A stretch of 39,439 nt of DNA from Clostridia bacterium (GCA_017522905.1 JAFWXY010000122.1:1-39439), one strand, 5' to 3'. Positions 27,654-35,496 are shown, counted from the first letter of the stretch. Program-made: numbers and translations. Notes: generated from the letters alone by a model not told the origin.

Positions 27654-27669
27654 TTGAACATTTGTTCAA
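27654..27669. promoter_or_regulatory. ArsR/SmtB-type operator: 7-2-7 perfect inverted repeat
   Basis: TTGAACA-TT-TGTTCAA lies immediately downstream of the -10 of the metal-efflux operon promoter. Confidence 0.6.
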
Positions 27670-27677
27670 CTGTTGTT

Positions 27678-27706
27678 ATTATAACATGTTTTTGTGGCAT
27701 TGTCAA
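27678..27706 (-). promoter_or_regulatory. Consensus SigA-type promoter of the arsR-HMA-ATPase operon
   Basis: On the minus strand: TTGACA at 27706-27701, 17 nt of spacer, TATAAT at 27683-27678. Confidence 0.65.
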
Positions 27707-27714
27707 TAGCGTAA

Positions 27715-27748
27715 GCAAAAAAAGCAGGGGCGCGATTACGCGTCCCTG
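27715..27748 (-). terminator. Rho-independent terminator ending the microcompartment operon
   Basis: The minus-strand transcript reads CAGGGACGCG-UAAU-CGCGCCCCUG (one mismatch) followed by CUUUUUUUGC. It lies 18 nt after the stop of the 118-aa gene. Confidence 0.7.
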
Positions 27749-27765
27749 TAATTCTTCGTGCTATA

Positions 27766-28122
27766 TCAGAGGAGATGCACGGGCATCTTTTCACCTACCT
27801 GTACTTTTTCAAACCCCTTATTCTCCTCGTGACCGATAACCGCCTTTACGGTTTCGGGGGAGACGTTTGCAAGTACGGTTGTTTCAACCGCGGTAGGAGG
27901 TGTAAGCTTTTCTGAAGCGGTGGTCTTTTTAGCTGCAGGCTTCTTTGCTGTAGAAGTAGTTTTCTTCGCGGGAGCCTTCTTGGGAGCCGCCGCTGTGGTT
28001 GCCACAAGCTCGGGAGCTATTTTTTCTTCCTTTTTAGCGCTTGTCTTGGGGGCGGTGGTCTTTGCCTCTGTTGTAGCCGGCTTTGCTACTCTTTTTGTAA
28101 TGCTGTCCTTACCTATCGGCAT
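27766..28122 (-). CDS. Small basic low-complexity protein (118 aa), candidate ParA partner / McdB-like adaptor
   Basis: ATG at 28122 has AAAGGAG about 10 nt upstream and overlaps the ParA-like gene by 14 nt. The protein is Lys/Ala/Thr/Pro-rich with roughly 20 Lys. It contains KKAPAKKTTSTAKKPAAKKTT repeats and a basic N-terminus, MPIGKDSITKRVAK. The last about 35 aa are more ordinary. No HTH, Cys or Trp is present. Confidence 0.6.
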   Translation of the reverse strand: MPIGKDSITKRVAKPATTEAKTTAPKTSAKKEEKIAPELVATTAAAPKKAPAKKTTSTAKKPAAKKTTASEKLTPPTAVETTVLANVSPETVKAVIGHEENKGFEKVQVGEKMPVHLL

Positions 28123-28900
28123 ATTTCAAAATCTCCTTTGCCATTTCCATATATTCACCCGCCGCACGGCTGGATTTCTTATAAACCATAACAGGCTTTG
28201 AGTTGTCCTGAGACCACTCGATGTTAGAGTCAACTCTGATTATCGACTCAAAAAGTCTTACGTTTTCAAGAGAGGAAAGTGTTTCAATCGTCTGTTTGAA
28301 GTAATTCTTGCGCTCGCTTGCCTTGGTAATTGCGATACCCATAAGCTCAAGAGAGGGAGAGATCTTCTTAACCTGCTCATAGAACTCGAACATGTTTGCA
28401 AGTCCGAAAAGTCCCCAAGGCGATGCCTCAACGGGAATTACAAGGAAGTCTGACGCGCACATAATGTTCATTGCCCAGCATCCGAGTGTCGGGGGAGCGT
28501 CAATGAGTATGTAGTCGTATTTGCCCGATTCCTTGATCTTTTTAAGACCCTCACGAAGAATGAATTCTCTCTGCCACTTGGTAAAGAGCTGGAACTCGAT
28601 TCCGCTCATAAGGGTGGAGGAGGGAATGAGATCGAGGTTTTCGTACTCGGTTGCTCTTGCAAAGTCGGAAAGATCGCGCTGCTCAACTATTCCTACGTAA
28701 ATATTCTTCTGGCTCTTTGCCATTTCAAGTGACTGCTCGTCGTCAAAGAACTGCAAGGTCAGATTCATCTGCATATCGGCGTCGATAAGCAGAACTCTTT
28801 TTCCGAGTGTTGAAAGCGAATATCCTACGTTAGCGCAGGTAGTTGATTTTCCGCTTCCGCCCTTGTTGTTGGCAAAGCAGATTGTCTTGGTTGCAGACAT
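28109..28900 (-). CDS. ParA/MinD-family P-loop ATPase (deviant Walker A)
   Basis: The deviant Walker A is ANNKGGSGKST, with the signature Lys. Walker A' is LLIDADMQ and Walker B is YILIDAPP. RBS GGAGGGG lies 5 nt upstream of the ATG. Only 24 nt separate it from the EutP/PduV stop. Confidence 0.85.
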   Translation of the reverse strand: MSATKTICFANNKGGSGKSTTCANVGYSLSTLGKRVLLIDADMQMNLTLQFFDDEQSLEMAKSQKNIYVGIVEQRDLSDFARATEYENLDLIPSSTLMSGIEFQLFTKWQREFILREGLKKIKESGKYDYILIDAPPTLGCWAMNIMCASDFLVIPVEASPWGLFGLANMFEFYEQVKKISPSLELMGIAITKASERKNYFKQTIETLSSLENVRLFESIIRVDSNIEWSQDNSKPVMVYKKSSRAAGEYMEMAKEILKYADR

Positions 28901-28924
28901 GGCGTCCCCTCCGTCAATTTGATT

Positions 28925-29356
28925 TTAGTCGTTAAGATATGCGATAATTCTGTCAAATCCTTCGCCTGTATACGAGCTGATGTAAAACATTTTCTCGGGT
29001 TTAACGCCGCAATTGGCAAGCCATCGCTCTACAAGCGGAACGTTGGCGTCGGGCTTGTCTATGCCCGAAATGATGCCTATAACGTCGCGGTTGACGTGGT
29101 GCGTGCAGTTGGGCGGGAATACGCAAAAGGGCTCGTTTGCGCTTATTACAAGACCGATAACGTCAGCCTCGTAGGAGTAAACGCCAAGCGCCGCCGCCAA
29201 GGTGTGCACCTCGGTGTACTCTCCGGGAGTATCGATTATCGTGTCCATGTAATTTATATATTGGGTCTTGCAGTAGTGTATCTGCTCGCCCTTCAAGGCT
29301 TGAGTCAGCGTGGTCTTGCCCGCGGCAACTCTGCCCATCAAAATAAGCTTCTTCAT
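28925..29356 (-). CDS. EutP/PduV-family small GTPase
   Basis: MKKLILMGRVAAGKTTLTQAL (P-loop), then IDTPGEY. The about 143-aa length fits the family. The ATG at 29356 overlaps the upstream stop (TAATG). The tracked 29377 start lies inside the upstream gene. Confidence 0.85.
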   Translation of the reverse strand: MKKLILMGRVAAGKTTLTQALKGEQIHYCKTQYINYMDTIIDTPGEYTEVHTLAAALGVYSYEADVIGLVISANEPFCVFPPNCTHHVNRDVIGIISGIDKPDANVPLVERWLANCGVKPEKMFYISSYTGEGFDRIIAYLND

Positions 29357-29727
29357 TATGTTCTTGTCATCTCGCAAACGGTGAACTTGAGATTGTTTCT
29401 GAAGTATTCCGTGATTGCGGAGAATGATGCCTCGACCTCTGCGACCTTACCTGTGATTATGAGAGTGCCGGAGAATCTGTCAACAAATCCGAGGTCTGCG
29501 CCCGAGGATTTGAGGGCGATATCTGCGGTAATAACCGCGGTCTCCGCAGGGCTAACGGTGAGAACACCGATAGCAGCCTTTTCATAATCAAGCTTGGGAT
29601 CAAGACCAAGCTTCTGATAAAGCGTGGGGTCGGGATTTGCGATAATGTGAGCAAGTGTGATCTGTCGACCGGGTACAAGCTCCTGTACTATTCGCATTTT
29701 ATCCTGATATTCAAATGAATTAATCAT
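29356..29727 (-). CDS. Circularly permuted BMC shell protein (PduU/EutS type)
   Basis: RIVQELVPGRQITLAHIIANPD...AIGVLTVSPAETAVITADIALKSSGADLGFVDRFSGTLIITG closely follows the PduU/EutS pattern. Confidence 0.85.
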   Translation of the reverse strand: MINSFEYQDKMRIVQELVPGRQITLAHIIANPDPTLYQKLGLDPKLDYEKAAIGVLTVSPAETAVITADIALKSSGADLGFVDRFSGTLIITGKVAEVEASFSAITEYFRNNLKFTVCEMTRT

Positions 29728-29740
29728 ATGCTATCTCCTT

Positions 29741-30538
29741 TTAGCCTCCTATCTGCACGCGCAGACTGGGAGCAGCTCTTTTTGCGACCTTTAAAAGGTC
29801 TGCCATAAGCTCGTTAGATGGGGGTTCAATTCCTTCCATTAGGTACTGACGTCCGAGACCTACGTATTTGTCCTGTCCGAGTCGGTGGTAGGGGAGCAAG
29901 TGAAGCTCGCGCACACCGTCAAGGCTTGACGCAAATCTTGCAATCGCCGCGATCTCATCGGTAGTTGCATTAAAGGTGGGAACTGTGGGAACGCGGATAA
30001 TCAGGTTTTTCGCGTTCTCTGCAATAAATTTTGCGTTTTCGAGTATCTGCTCGTTACCCCTGCCCGTGAATTCTTCGTGTTTCTTAGAATCCATATGCTT
30101 GATGTCCATCAAAAAATAATCAACGTGTGGGAGGAGTCTTGCAACTACGTCGCGGCTCGCGCACGCGGTAGTCTCGATTGCGGTATTAAAGCCGTAATCA
30201 TGGCAGGCGCGCAAAAGCGCCTCTGCAAAGTCGGGCTGAGCCATACACTCGCCGCCCGAAAGGGTAATTCCGCCGCCGCTTCTCTCGTAATATCTGCGGT
30301 CCCCGGAAAGCTCGTCCATAAGCTCGCCAACGGTTACGTCACGGCCCATGATTTCTTTCTTGCCCGCTCGAGTCATTTCCTCTATGTTATAGCTCTGTGA
30401 CTCGGGGTTGCAGCACCAACGGCAACGAAGATAGCAGCCCTTGAGAAAGACAATGGTTCTGATTCCGGGACCGTCGTGCAGAGAATATCTCTGTATATCA
30501 AATATTCTTCCGCCAACAGAATAAATATCCTTATTCAT
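29741..30538 (-). CDS. Glycyl-radical enzyme activating enzyme (radical SAM)
   Basis: FDIQRYSLHDGPGIRTIVFLKGCYLRCRWCCNPES carries the CX3CX2C motif. GGITLSGGE is also present. ATG at 30538 behind AAGGAG is preferred. No additional CxxCxxCxxxC motifs are present. Confidence 0.9.
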   Translation of the reverse strand: MNKDIYSVGGRIFDIQRYSLHDGPGIRTIVFLKGCYLRCRWCCNPESQSYNIEEMTRAGKKEIMGRDVTVGELMDELSGDRRYYERSGGGITLSGGECMAQPDFAEALLRACHDYGFNTAIETTACASRDVVARLLPHVDYFLMDIKHMDSKKHEEFTGRGNEQILENAKFIAENAKNLIIRVPTVPTFNATTDEIAAIARFASSLDGVRELHLLPYHRLGQDKYVGLGRQYLMEGIEPPSNELMADLLKVAKRAAPSLRVQIGG

Positions 30539-30673
30539 GCCTTTCTCCTTTCTCAAGATTTGCTGTGATTTATAAAAGTGAATTCTTATGAAGGTTTTAG
30601 GAAGGGGCTCGGGGAGAACCCTTTTGGGAAAGGATTTCCCCGGCGCATACCCTCGCGTCCCCTCGCATCCCCC

Positions 30674-33205
30674 TTAAATTCCCGACTGCTCGGTACGGTT
30701 GATAATATCGTCCTGGAGTGAGCGGGAGAGGGTTGTAAAGAGTGCGCTGTATCCTGCTACGCGGACAACAAGCGTCTTATACTTTTCGGGATTCTTCTGC
30801 GCATCAAGGAGGGTCTCTCTTGATACGACGTTATACTGAACGTGCATACCCTTTTGATCAAAGTAACCACGCAGATAAGCCACGAACTTTTCAAGTCCGC
30901 CCATTCCTGCAAGTGCGGAGGGGTGGAACTTCTGGTTGAAGAGTGTACCGTTAGATGCGATACCGTGGTCAAGGCGAGCAACCGAGTTTGCGGTAGCTGT
31001 CGGGCCCTTGACGTCTCTGCCCGATGCGAGGCCTACGCCGTCCGCGATAGGTGTGAAGGCAAGTCTGCCGTCGGGAGTAGCACCTGTCTGGTATCCAAGC
31101 GGAACGTTTGCGGAAACAGGGTAAAGACCTGCCTGGAAAACGCCGCCACGGTTGTTTGTGAAGTTAGCGAAGGGCTTTGTATAGGTGTTTCCAACCTGAC
31201 GCGCAAATGCGTCAACCTCGGGAATATCGTTTCCGTACTTGGGAAGAGCAGCGATCATATCAAGGATCTCCTGATATCTCGCCTTCTTTTCTGCACTAAT
31301 AGAATCTGCGTTTGTGATGTTCTTATATACAGCGCGGATAATTTCCTCATTCACCTGAACTCCGTTTGCGTCAAGCTGACGTGCAACCTCGGTTGTAAGC
31401 TCAAGAGCCTTCTTGGGGATAAGTCCCTTGCCGAAGTTATCCTGAAGCGCCTCCTTCATCTCACGCATAGTGACCTTCTTCTCGTCGAACACGAGGGTCT
31501 TCATAGCGAGGAGCGCATCGGTCATATTAGCGATACCGAATCCCTGAGGACCTGTGAAGTTGTAGTGCGCGCCACCCTCCTGAAGAGATACGCCGCGCTC
31601 AATGCAGTCGTTGCAAAGCGAGGACTGGAAGGGGAGAGGACAACGAACGCTGTGGGCGTAGTCAACAGCATTGTCCGCGTGTACCATCATTTCTATAAAG
31701 TGGAGCTGCTGAGCCTTGTAAGCCTCAAAGAACTCCTCAAACGTCTTCATTTTCTCAACGTCACCGGTCTGGAGGCCAATAAGCTCGCCCTTGTCATATC
31801 CGTTTGAGAATACAAGCTCGAGGGGACGGCACATATTGAAGAATGCCGCGTCGTGCCAACCGTCGGTACGCGCGCCCTTCTGGGGCTCAACGCAACCTAT
31901 GATGCAGTAGTCACGCGCATCCTCAAGTGTAAGACCTCTTGACATGATAGAGGGAATAATTACCTCGTCGTTGTAGAATGCGGGCACACCGAGGCCCTCG
32001 CGGGTAACGGCAGCCGCCTTGATAAGCAAGTCGTGGGGTGTCTTGTTCCATACACGGATGGAAAGAGAGGGCTGGGGGAGACGAACGTGAACCGTTGCTT
32101 CCATACACATATAAGAAAGCTCGTTCGTTACGTCAACACCCTCCTCGTTCTGACCGCCTACAATGAGGTTCTGGAAGAGGCCGTAGCCTGCAAAGCCCTC
32201 GGCAGATGCCGCGTCACGAACCTTGTTGAGGTCGTTGAGCTTTACCCAGATACAGTCGAGATATTCCTGCGCGGAGGTGATCGTCTCGCGTCCGGAATCG
32301 ATATCCTTCTTGAACAAAGGGTACATATACTGGTCGAAGCGTCCGGGAGAGATAGAGTGTCCGCTCGACTCGCACTGGAGAAGCTGCTGAATGAACCAGA
32401 AGCTCTGGCAAGCCTCGTAGAAGCCTCTTGCAGGCTTTGCGGGAACCTGAGCGCACGCCTCACTGATGCGGAGAAGCTCTGCGCGACGAATAGAGTCAGT
32501 GCAAGCATCCGCCTCTCTCTTTGCGAGAGCAGAGTATCTCTTGGCGTAGGTGATAACACCTTCACAGCTCTCAAGAACAGCCTCAAGGAAGGCCTTGCGC
32601 TTAAGGTAATCTCCGTTGCCTATGTAGAGCTTTGCGAGAGCCTCGCGGGTCTCTGCCATAACGCCCTCAAGACCGCAGTTTATAACCTTTGCGTAATCTA
32701 CGTTGATGTGACCGATACCGTTATAGAAGTAGTTTCCTACTGTAAATATTCCGTGATTTAAGAATACGTCAAGCACCTTTTCGTCCATGCTCTGTGCGGC
32801 AAGGTCGCTTACGGTCTTGCCCTTCCAGTAAGGATATACCTTCTTCAGTCTCTCAACAGTAGAAGGAGAGATATAGAAGGGGTCAGCCTCACGTGTAGCA
32901 ACCGTGTCGTATTCCTTTTCAAGCCACTCATAGGAATATTCGGGGAAGGTCTGGCATCCGCGGGGCGCTATCGAGTTGCTTCCTACGATAAGCTCGTCGG
33001 GACGAATGACTATCGGAATATTCTCAAGAATGTGGCGGAACGCCGCGGAGCGGCGCTTTATTATCGGCAAGCCCTCGGTCGCCTTGTAGCTTTCGGTTAC
33101 AAGCTCGGCTCTGTCAGCCTCGATCTCGGGCATATTAGCATATAAATGATCGATAAGTCTCTGAATTCTCGGACTTTTCTCGATTACAAATTTGATTTGA
33201 CTCAT
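30674..33205 (-). CDS. Glycyl radical enzyme of the B12-independent diol dehydratase class (probable 1,2-propanediol dehydratase)
   Basis: The glycyl radical motif is VVRVAGYSA (Gly818). The Cys loop is IIGCVEPQ (Cys438/Glu440), followed by GWHD (Asp452). GIGHINVDY provides His166. The sequence is alignable end to end with my recollection of C. butyricum DhaB1, apart from one internal insertion of about 50 aa. YPVSANV stands where glycerol dehydratase has YPSSINV. Confidence 0.9.
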   Translation of the reverse strand: MSQIKFVIEKSPRIQRLIDHLYANMPEIEADRAELVTESYKATEGLPIIKRRSAAFRHILENIPIVIRPDELIVGSNSIAPRGCQTFPEYSYEWLEKEYDTVATREADPFYISPSTVERLKKVYPYWKGKTVSDLAAQSMDEKVLDVFLNHGIFTVGNYFYNGIGHINVDYAKVINCGLEGVMAETREALAKLYIGNGDYLKRKAFLEAVLESCEGVITYAKRYSALAKREADACTDSIRRAELLRISEACAQVPAKPARGFYEACQSFWFIQQLLQCESSGHSISPGRFDQYMYPLFKKDIDSGRETITSAQEYLDCIWVKLNDLNKVRDAASAEGFAGYGLFQNLIVGGQNEEGVDVTNELSYMCMEATVHVRLPQPSLSIRVWNKTPHDLLIKAAAVTREGLGVPAFYNDEVIIPSIMSRGLTLEDARDYCIIGCVEPQKGARTDGWHDAAFFNMCRPLELVFSNGYDKGELIGLQTGDVEKMKTFEEFFEAYKAQQLHFIEMMVHADNAVDYAHSVRCPLPFQSSLCNDCIERGVSLQEGGAHYNFTGPQGFGIANMTDALLAMKTLVFDEKKVTMREMKEALQDNFGKGLIPKKALELTTEVARQLDANGVQVNEEIIRAVYKNITNADSISAEKKARYQEILDMIAALPKYGNDIPEVDAFARQVGNTYTKPFANFTNNRGGVFQAGLYPVSANVPLGYQTGATPDGRLAFTPIADGVGLASGRDVKGPTATANSVARLDHGIASNGTLFNQKFHPSALAGMGGLEKFVAYLRGYFDQKGMHVQYNVVSRETLLDAQKNPEKYKTLVVRVAGYSALFTTLSRSLQDDIINRTEQSGI

Positions 33206-33241
33206 GTTTATCTCCTTTGGAGAGAATGTAAGGTAATTTTA

Positions 33242-33787
33242 TTAGATCTGATTCCAGAGAAGCTCGTGGGGAGCGGCGATTACGGAGGAGTTGCAGAATA
33301 CTCCCTGATCCTTTGCGTGCTGTGCGCCGGCCTCAACTGCGGCAGTAACGTCGCCGACCTCACCCGTGATAAGGCAAATACCCTTACCGCCCATGCCGCG
33401 GGATGCGCGAAGCTCAAAGATCTCTACGCGAGCGGTCTTTACAGCAATATCCGCAGCCTTGATAATGGAAGCGGCGGAGAATGTCTCGATTACGCCAAGG
33501 CTTCCTTTCTTTTCAGAAAGAACCGTGCCGAAGAGAGCGGTGATTACCTGCTCGTCAATACGACCCATTACGGAAACGTCAACGAGCTTGTCTTCAAAGC
33601 GGCTCTTAACGTGATCAACTGCGCTCGTTACGTTGGATATAGTACCTGTAAGAATGATCTCAAACTTACCGGGACAAGCTGCGCGAGCAGAAACAAGAGT
33701 TACGCCTGCGCTTTTGAGGGCGGCATCTGTAGCCTCGATGCCCTTGGATATACTTTTAAGTTCAATTACACCAACTGCCTGATACAT
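33242..33787 (-). CDS. Tandem-domain BMC-T shell protein (PduT-like, probable [4Fe-4S] pore)
   Basis: It has two BMC domains in 181 aa. Cys38 in ARAACPGKF is at the position of the PduT cluster ligand. Confidence 0.85.
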   Translation of the reverse strand: MYQAVGVIELKSISKGIEATDAALKSAGVTLVSARAACPGKFEIILTGTISNVTSAVDHVKSRFEDKLVDVSVMGRIDEQVITALFGTVLSEKKGSLGVIETFSAASIIKAADIAVKTARVEIFELRASRGMGGKGICLITGEVGDVTAAVEAGAQHAKDQGVFCNSSVIAAPHELLWNQI

Positions 33788-33844
33788 TTTTGTGCAATAC
33801 CTTTCTGTGCTAAATTTATATGTGTGGTTCGGATTATCGTAATG

Positions 33845-35167
33845 TTATGCCTCGATAACGATCTTTGTGGGATCGCAGGATACAACGGTACCCGAGATCG
33901 AAGCGTACTGAGGAACTGAGAGACCTGCTCCTGCATTTGCGATCATATCGCCGACCTTTACTGTGTCGCCAACGCTTACGCAGGGCACGGAGGGTGCTCC
34001 GATATGCTGGGACATAGCAATCTCAACGCGGGAAGCGGTAAGGGTCTTAGGCAGATAAGTCGGGATCTTATCAAACTTAAGCACGCCAAGCATGTCGCTC
34101 CACTTACTTGACTTAATAAGTCTGTAGGGACGGTCGGGATTTACGGGGAAATCCTTGTCGGCAACAAATCTGATCTTGTTCTTGCCAAGGATCTTCTTGA
34201 GGTTAAGAATAACGTCCTTGGGAGAGATGTTCTGGCAGCAAACCTCGGCACATACACCGCAAGAGCAGCAAAGCGATGCGGTAGCGATGAGCTCGGGGTG
34301 ATCCTCAACTACGGTGTTGAGTGCCGCACGGATCATCTTGTGGGGCTCAAGCGGATAGCCGAGCTGATGACGGGGGCACATTTCAGTACAACGTGTGCAT
34401 CCACAGCAAGCCGAAGCCGCTCTGCGGAGCATGTCGTCCATGCTAATCTGCTTGCCTTCAATTGCGCGGGTGTTGTTGGGGAGAATAAGAAGAGATTTTG
34501 TGGTCTTTCTTACTACTGCGCGGTCGGGATTTATGATGCTTCCCATAGAGGGTCCGCCGTCGATAACCGAGTGGTTCTCATCAACCTTGATACCAAGCTT
34601 CTTGAAAATCTCGGAAACTCTCATACCGATAGGAGCCTTGAATGCGATCTTCTCGGGAACGTCGCCGCCAATTGTGATCCACTTTTCAATTACGGGCTTG
34701 CCGGACTCGATTGCCTCACACGCATTGTAAACAGTCTCAGAGTTCATAACGATAACTCCTGCTGTAATCGGAAGGTTACCGGGTCTTACAAGTCTGCCAG
34801 TAGCCTCGTATATAAGTCCGATTTCATCACCGATGGGGTAGATACTCGGTAGATATTTAATTGTTACGTTTTTGCCTACTGCTTCGCCGTCAGAATAGCC
34901 AAGAGCCTCTGCGCGGTATCCCTTGATTGCAACGTATGTATGCTTGATATTTGTTGCTTCCATAATGAGCTCTGCTCCATGTGCAACCTTTGCCATCTCT
35001 TCGCGGCAGATGGTCAAATCGGTATAAATCAGGGGCTCGCACTCAGCGGCGTTGATGCAAAGAATATCTGCACCGTCTGCGAGCTTTGCATAAGTGGGGA
35101 AACCTGCACCTCCTGCACCTACGACACCGGCGTTCTGTAATAATGTTTTGATCTCTGTGATTGACAT
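33845..35167 (-). CDS. PduS/RnfC-like Fe-S flavoprotein
   Basis: It has the nucleotide/FMN motif GVVGAGGAGFPT. Two ferredoxin motifs are present, CCGCTRCTEMCP and CCSCGVCAEVCC. ATG at 35167 lies behind AAAGG (the tracked start at 35182 is GTG). Confidence 0.85.
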   Translation of the reverse strand: MSITEIKTLLQNAGVVGAGGAGFPTYAKLADGADILCINAAECEPLIYTDLTICREEMAKVAHGAELIMEATNIKHTYVAIKGYRAEALGYSDGEAVGKNVTIKYLPSIYPIGDEIGLIYEATGRLVRPGNLPITAGVIVMNSETVYNACEAIESGKPVIEKWITIGGDVPEKIAFKAPIGMRVSEIFKKLGIKVDENHSVIDGGPSMGSIINPDRAVVRKTTKSLLILPNNTRAIEGKQISMDDMLRRAASACCGCTRCTEMCPRHQLGYPLEPHKMIRAALNTVVEDHPELIATASLCCSCGVCAEVCCQNISPKDVILNLKKILGKNKIRFVADKDFPVNPDRPYRLIKSSKWSDMLGVLKFDKIPTYLPKTLTASRVEIAMSQHIGAPSVPCVSVGDTVKVGDMIANAGAGLSVPQYASISGTVVSCDPTKIVIEA

Positions 35168-35235
35168 TTGCGTACCTTTCACCGCAGATTGCGGTATTGT
35201 TGATTTATATTTACCTTAATATTACCTACTACCTA

Positions 35236-35496
35236 CTACTGAATCTTATCTACAACTCCGACAACAACTGCGTCAATGGGGCAGCTCTCGTCGCAAAGCG
35301 CCATTCTCGCACCGCTTCCAGTCGTAATAAGCACCTCTTCGCCGATACCCGCGCTTACCGTGCGGTCAACAGCAACGATGTACTTGTCAGTAAGCTGTGT
35401 GTTCTCGATAAGCTGTATCTCAAGGAACTTGAAGCCAACGAGCTTGTCGAGCTTATTCGTAGATACGATATTTCCTATTACTTTTCCTCTTAACAT
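35236..35496 (-). CDS. BMC-P pentameric vertex protein (EutN/CcmL family)
   Basis: MLRGKVIGNIVSTNKLDKLVGFKFLEIQ...AVDRTVSAGIGEEVLI..GS.AR. The length is 86 aa. Confidence 0.9.
   Translation of the reverse strand: MLRGKVIGNIVSTNKLDKLVGFKFLEIQLIENTQLTDKYIVAVDRTVSAGIGEEVLITTGSGARMALCDESCPIDAVVVGVVDKIQ

Noticed and set aside
28109-28900. ParA-like gene as an ordinary chromosome or plasmid partition ATPase, or as MinD
   Set aside because: There is no ParB/Spo0J or HTH partner, no parS-like repeats, no replication, mobilisation or minCE genes nearby. It is operonic with BMC genes. This reading cannot be fully excluded without comparative data.
28919-29587. 222-aa plus-strand ORF opposite the EutP/PduV and PduU/EutS genes
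   Set aside because: It is antisense to two well-supported BMC-locus genes and has no independent coding evidence.
30842-32761. Two long plus-strand ORFs (321 aa and 242 aa) inside the GRE gene
   Set aside because: They are antisense shadows of a highly conserved 843-aa glycyl radical enzyme. They have no motifs or RBS, and their composition is Val/Leu/Cys/Arg-rich, as expected from reverse-frame codon bias.
30674-33205. Possibility that the GRE is choline trimethylamine-lyase CutC (GRM1/2-type locus)
   Set aside because: There is no CutC-like N-terminal extension. The sequence follows the glycerol/propanediol dehydratase pattern (GIGHINVDY, GCVEPQ...GWHDAAFFN) as I remember it. Only an alignment with reference sequences can settle the question.
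33146-33919. 257-aa plus-strand ORF across the GRE start, the PduT-like gene and the PduS-like 3' end
   Set aside because: It spans two real minus-strand genes and their intergenic region. It has no RBS or recognisable domain.
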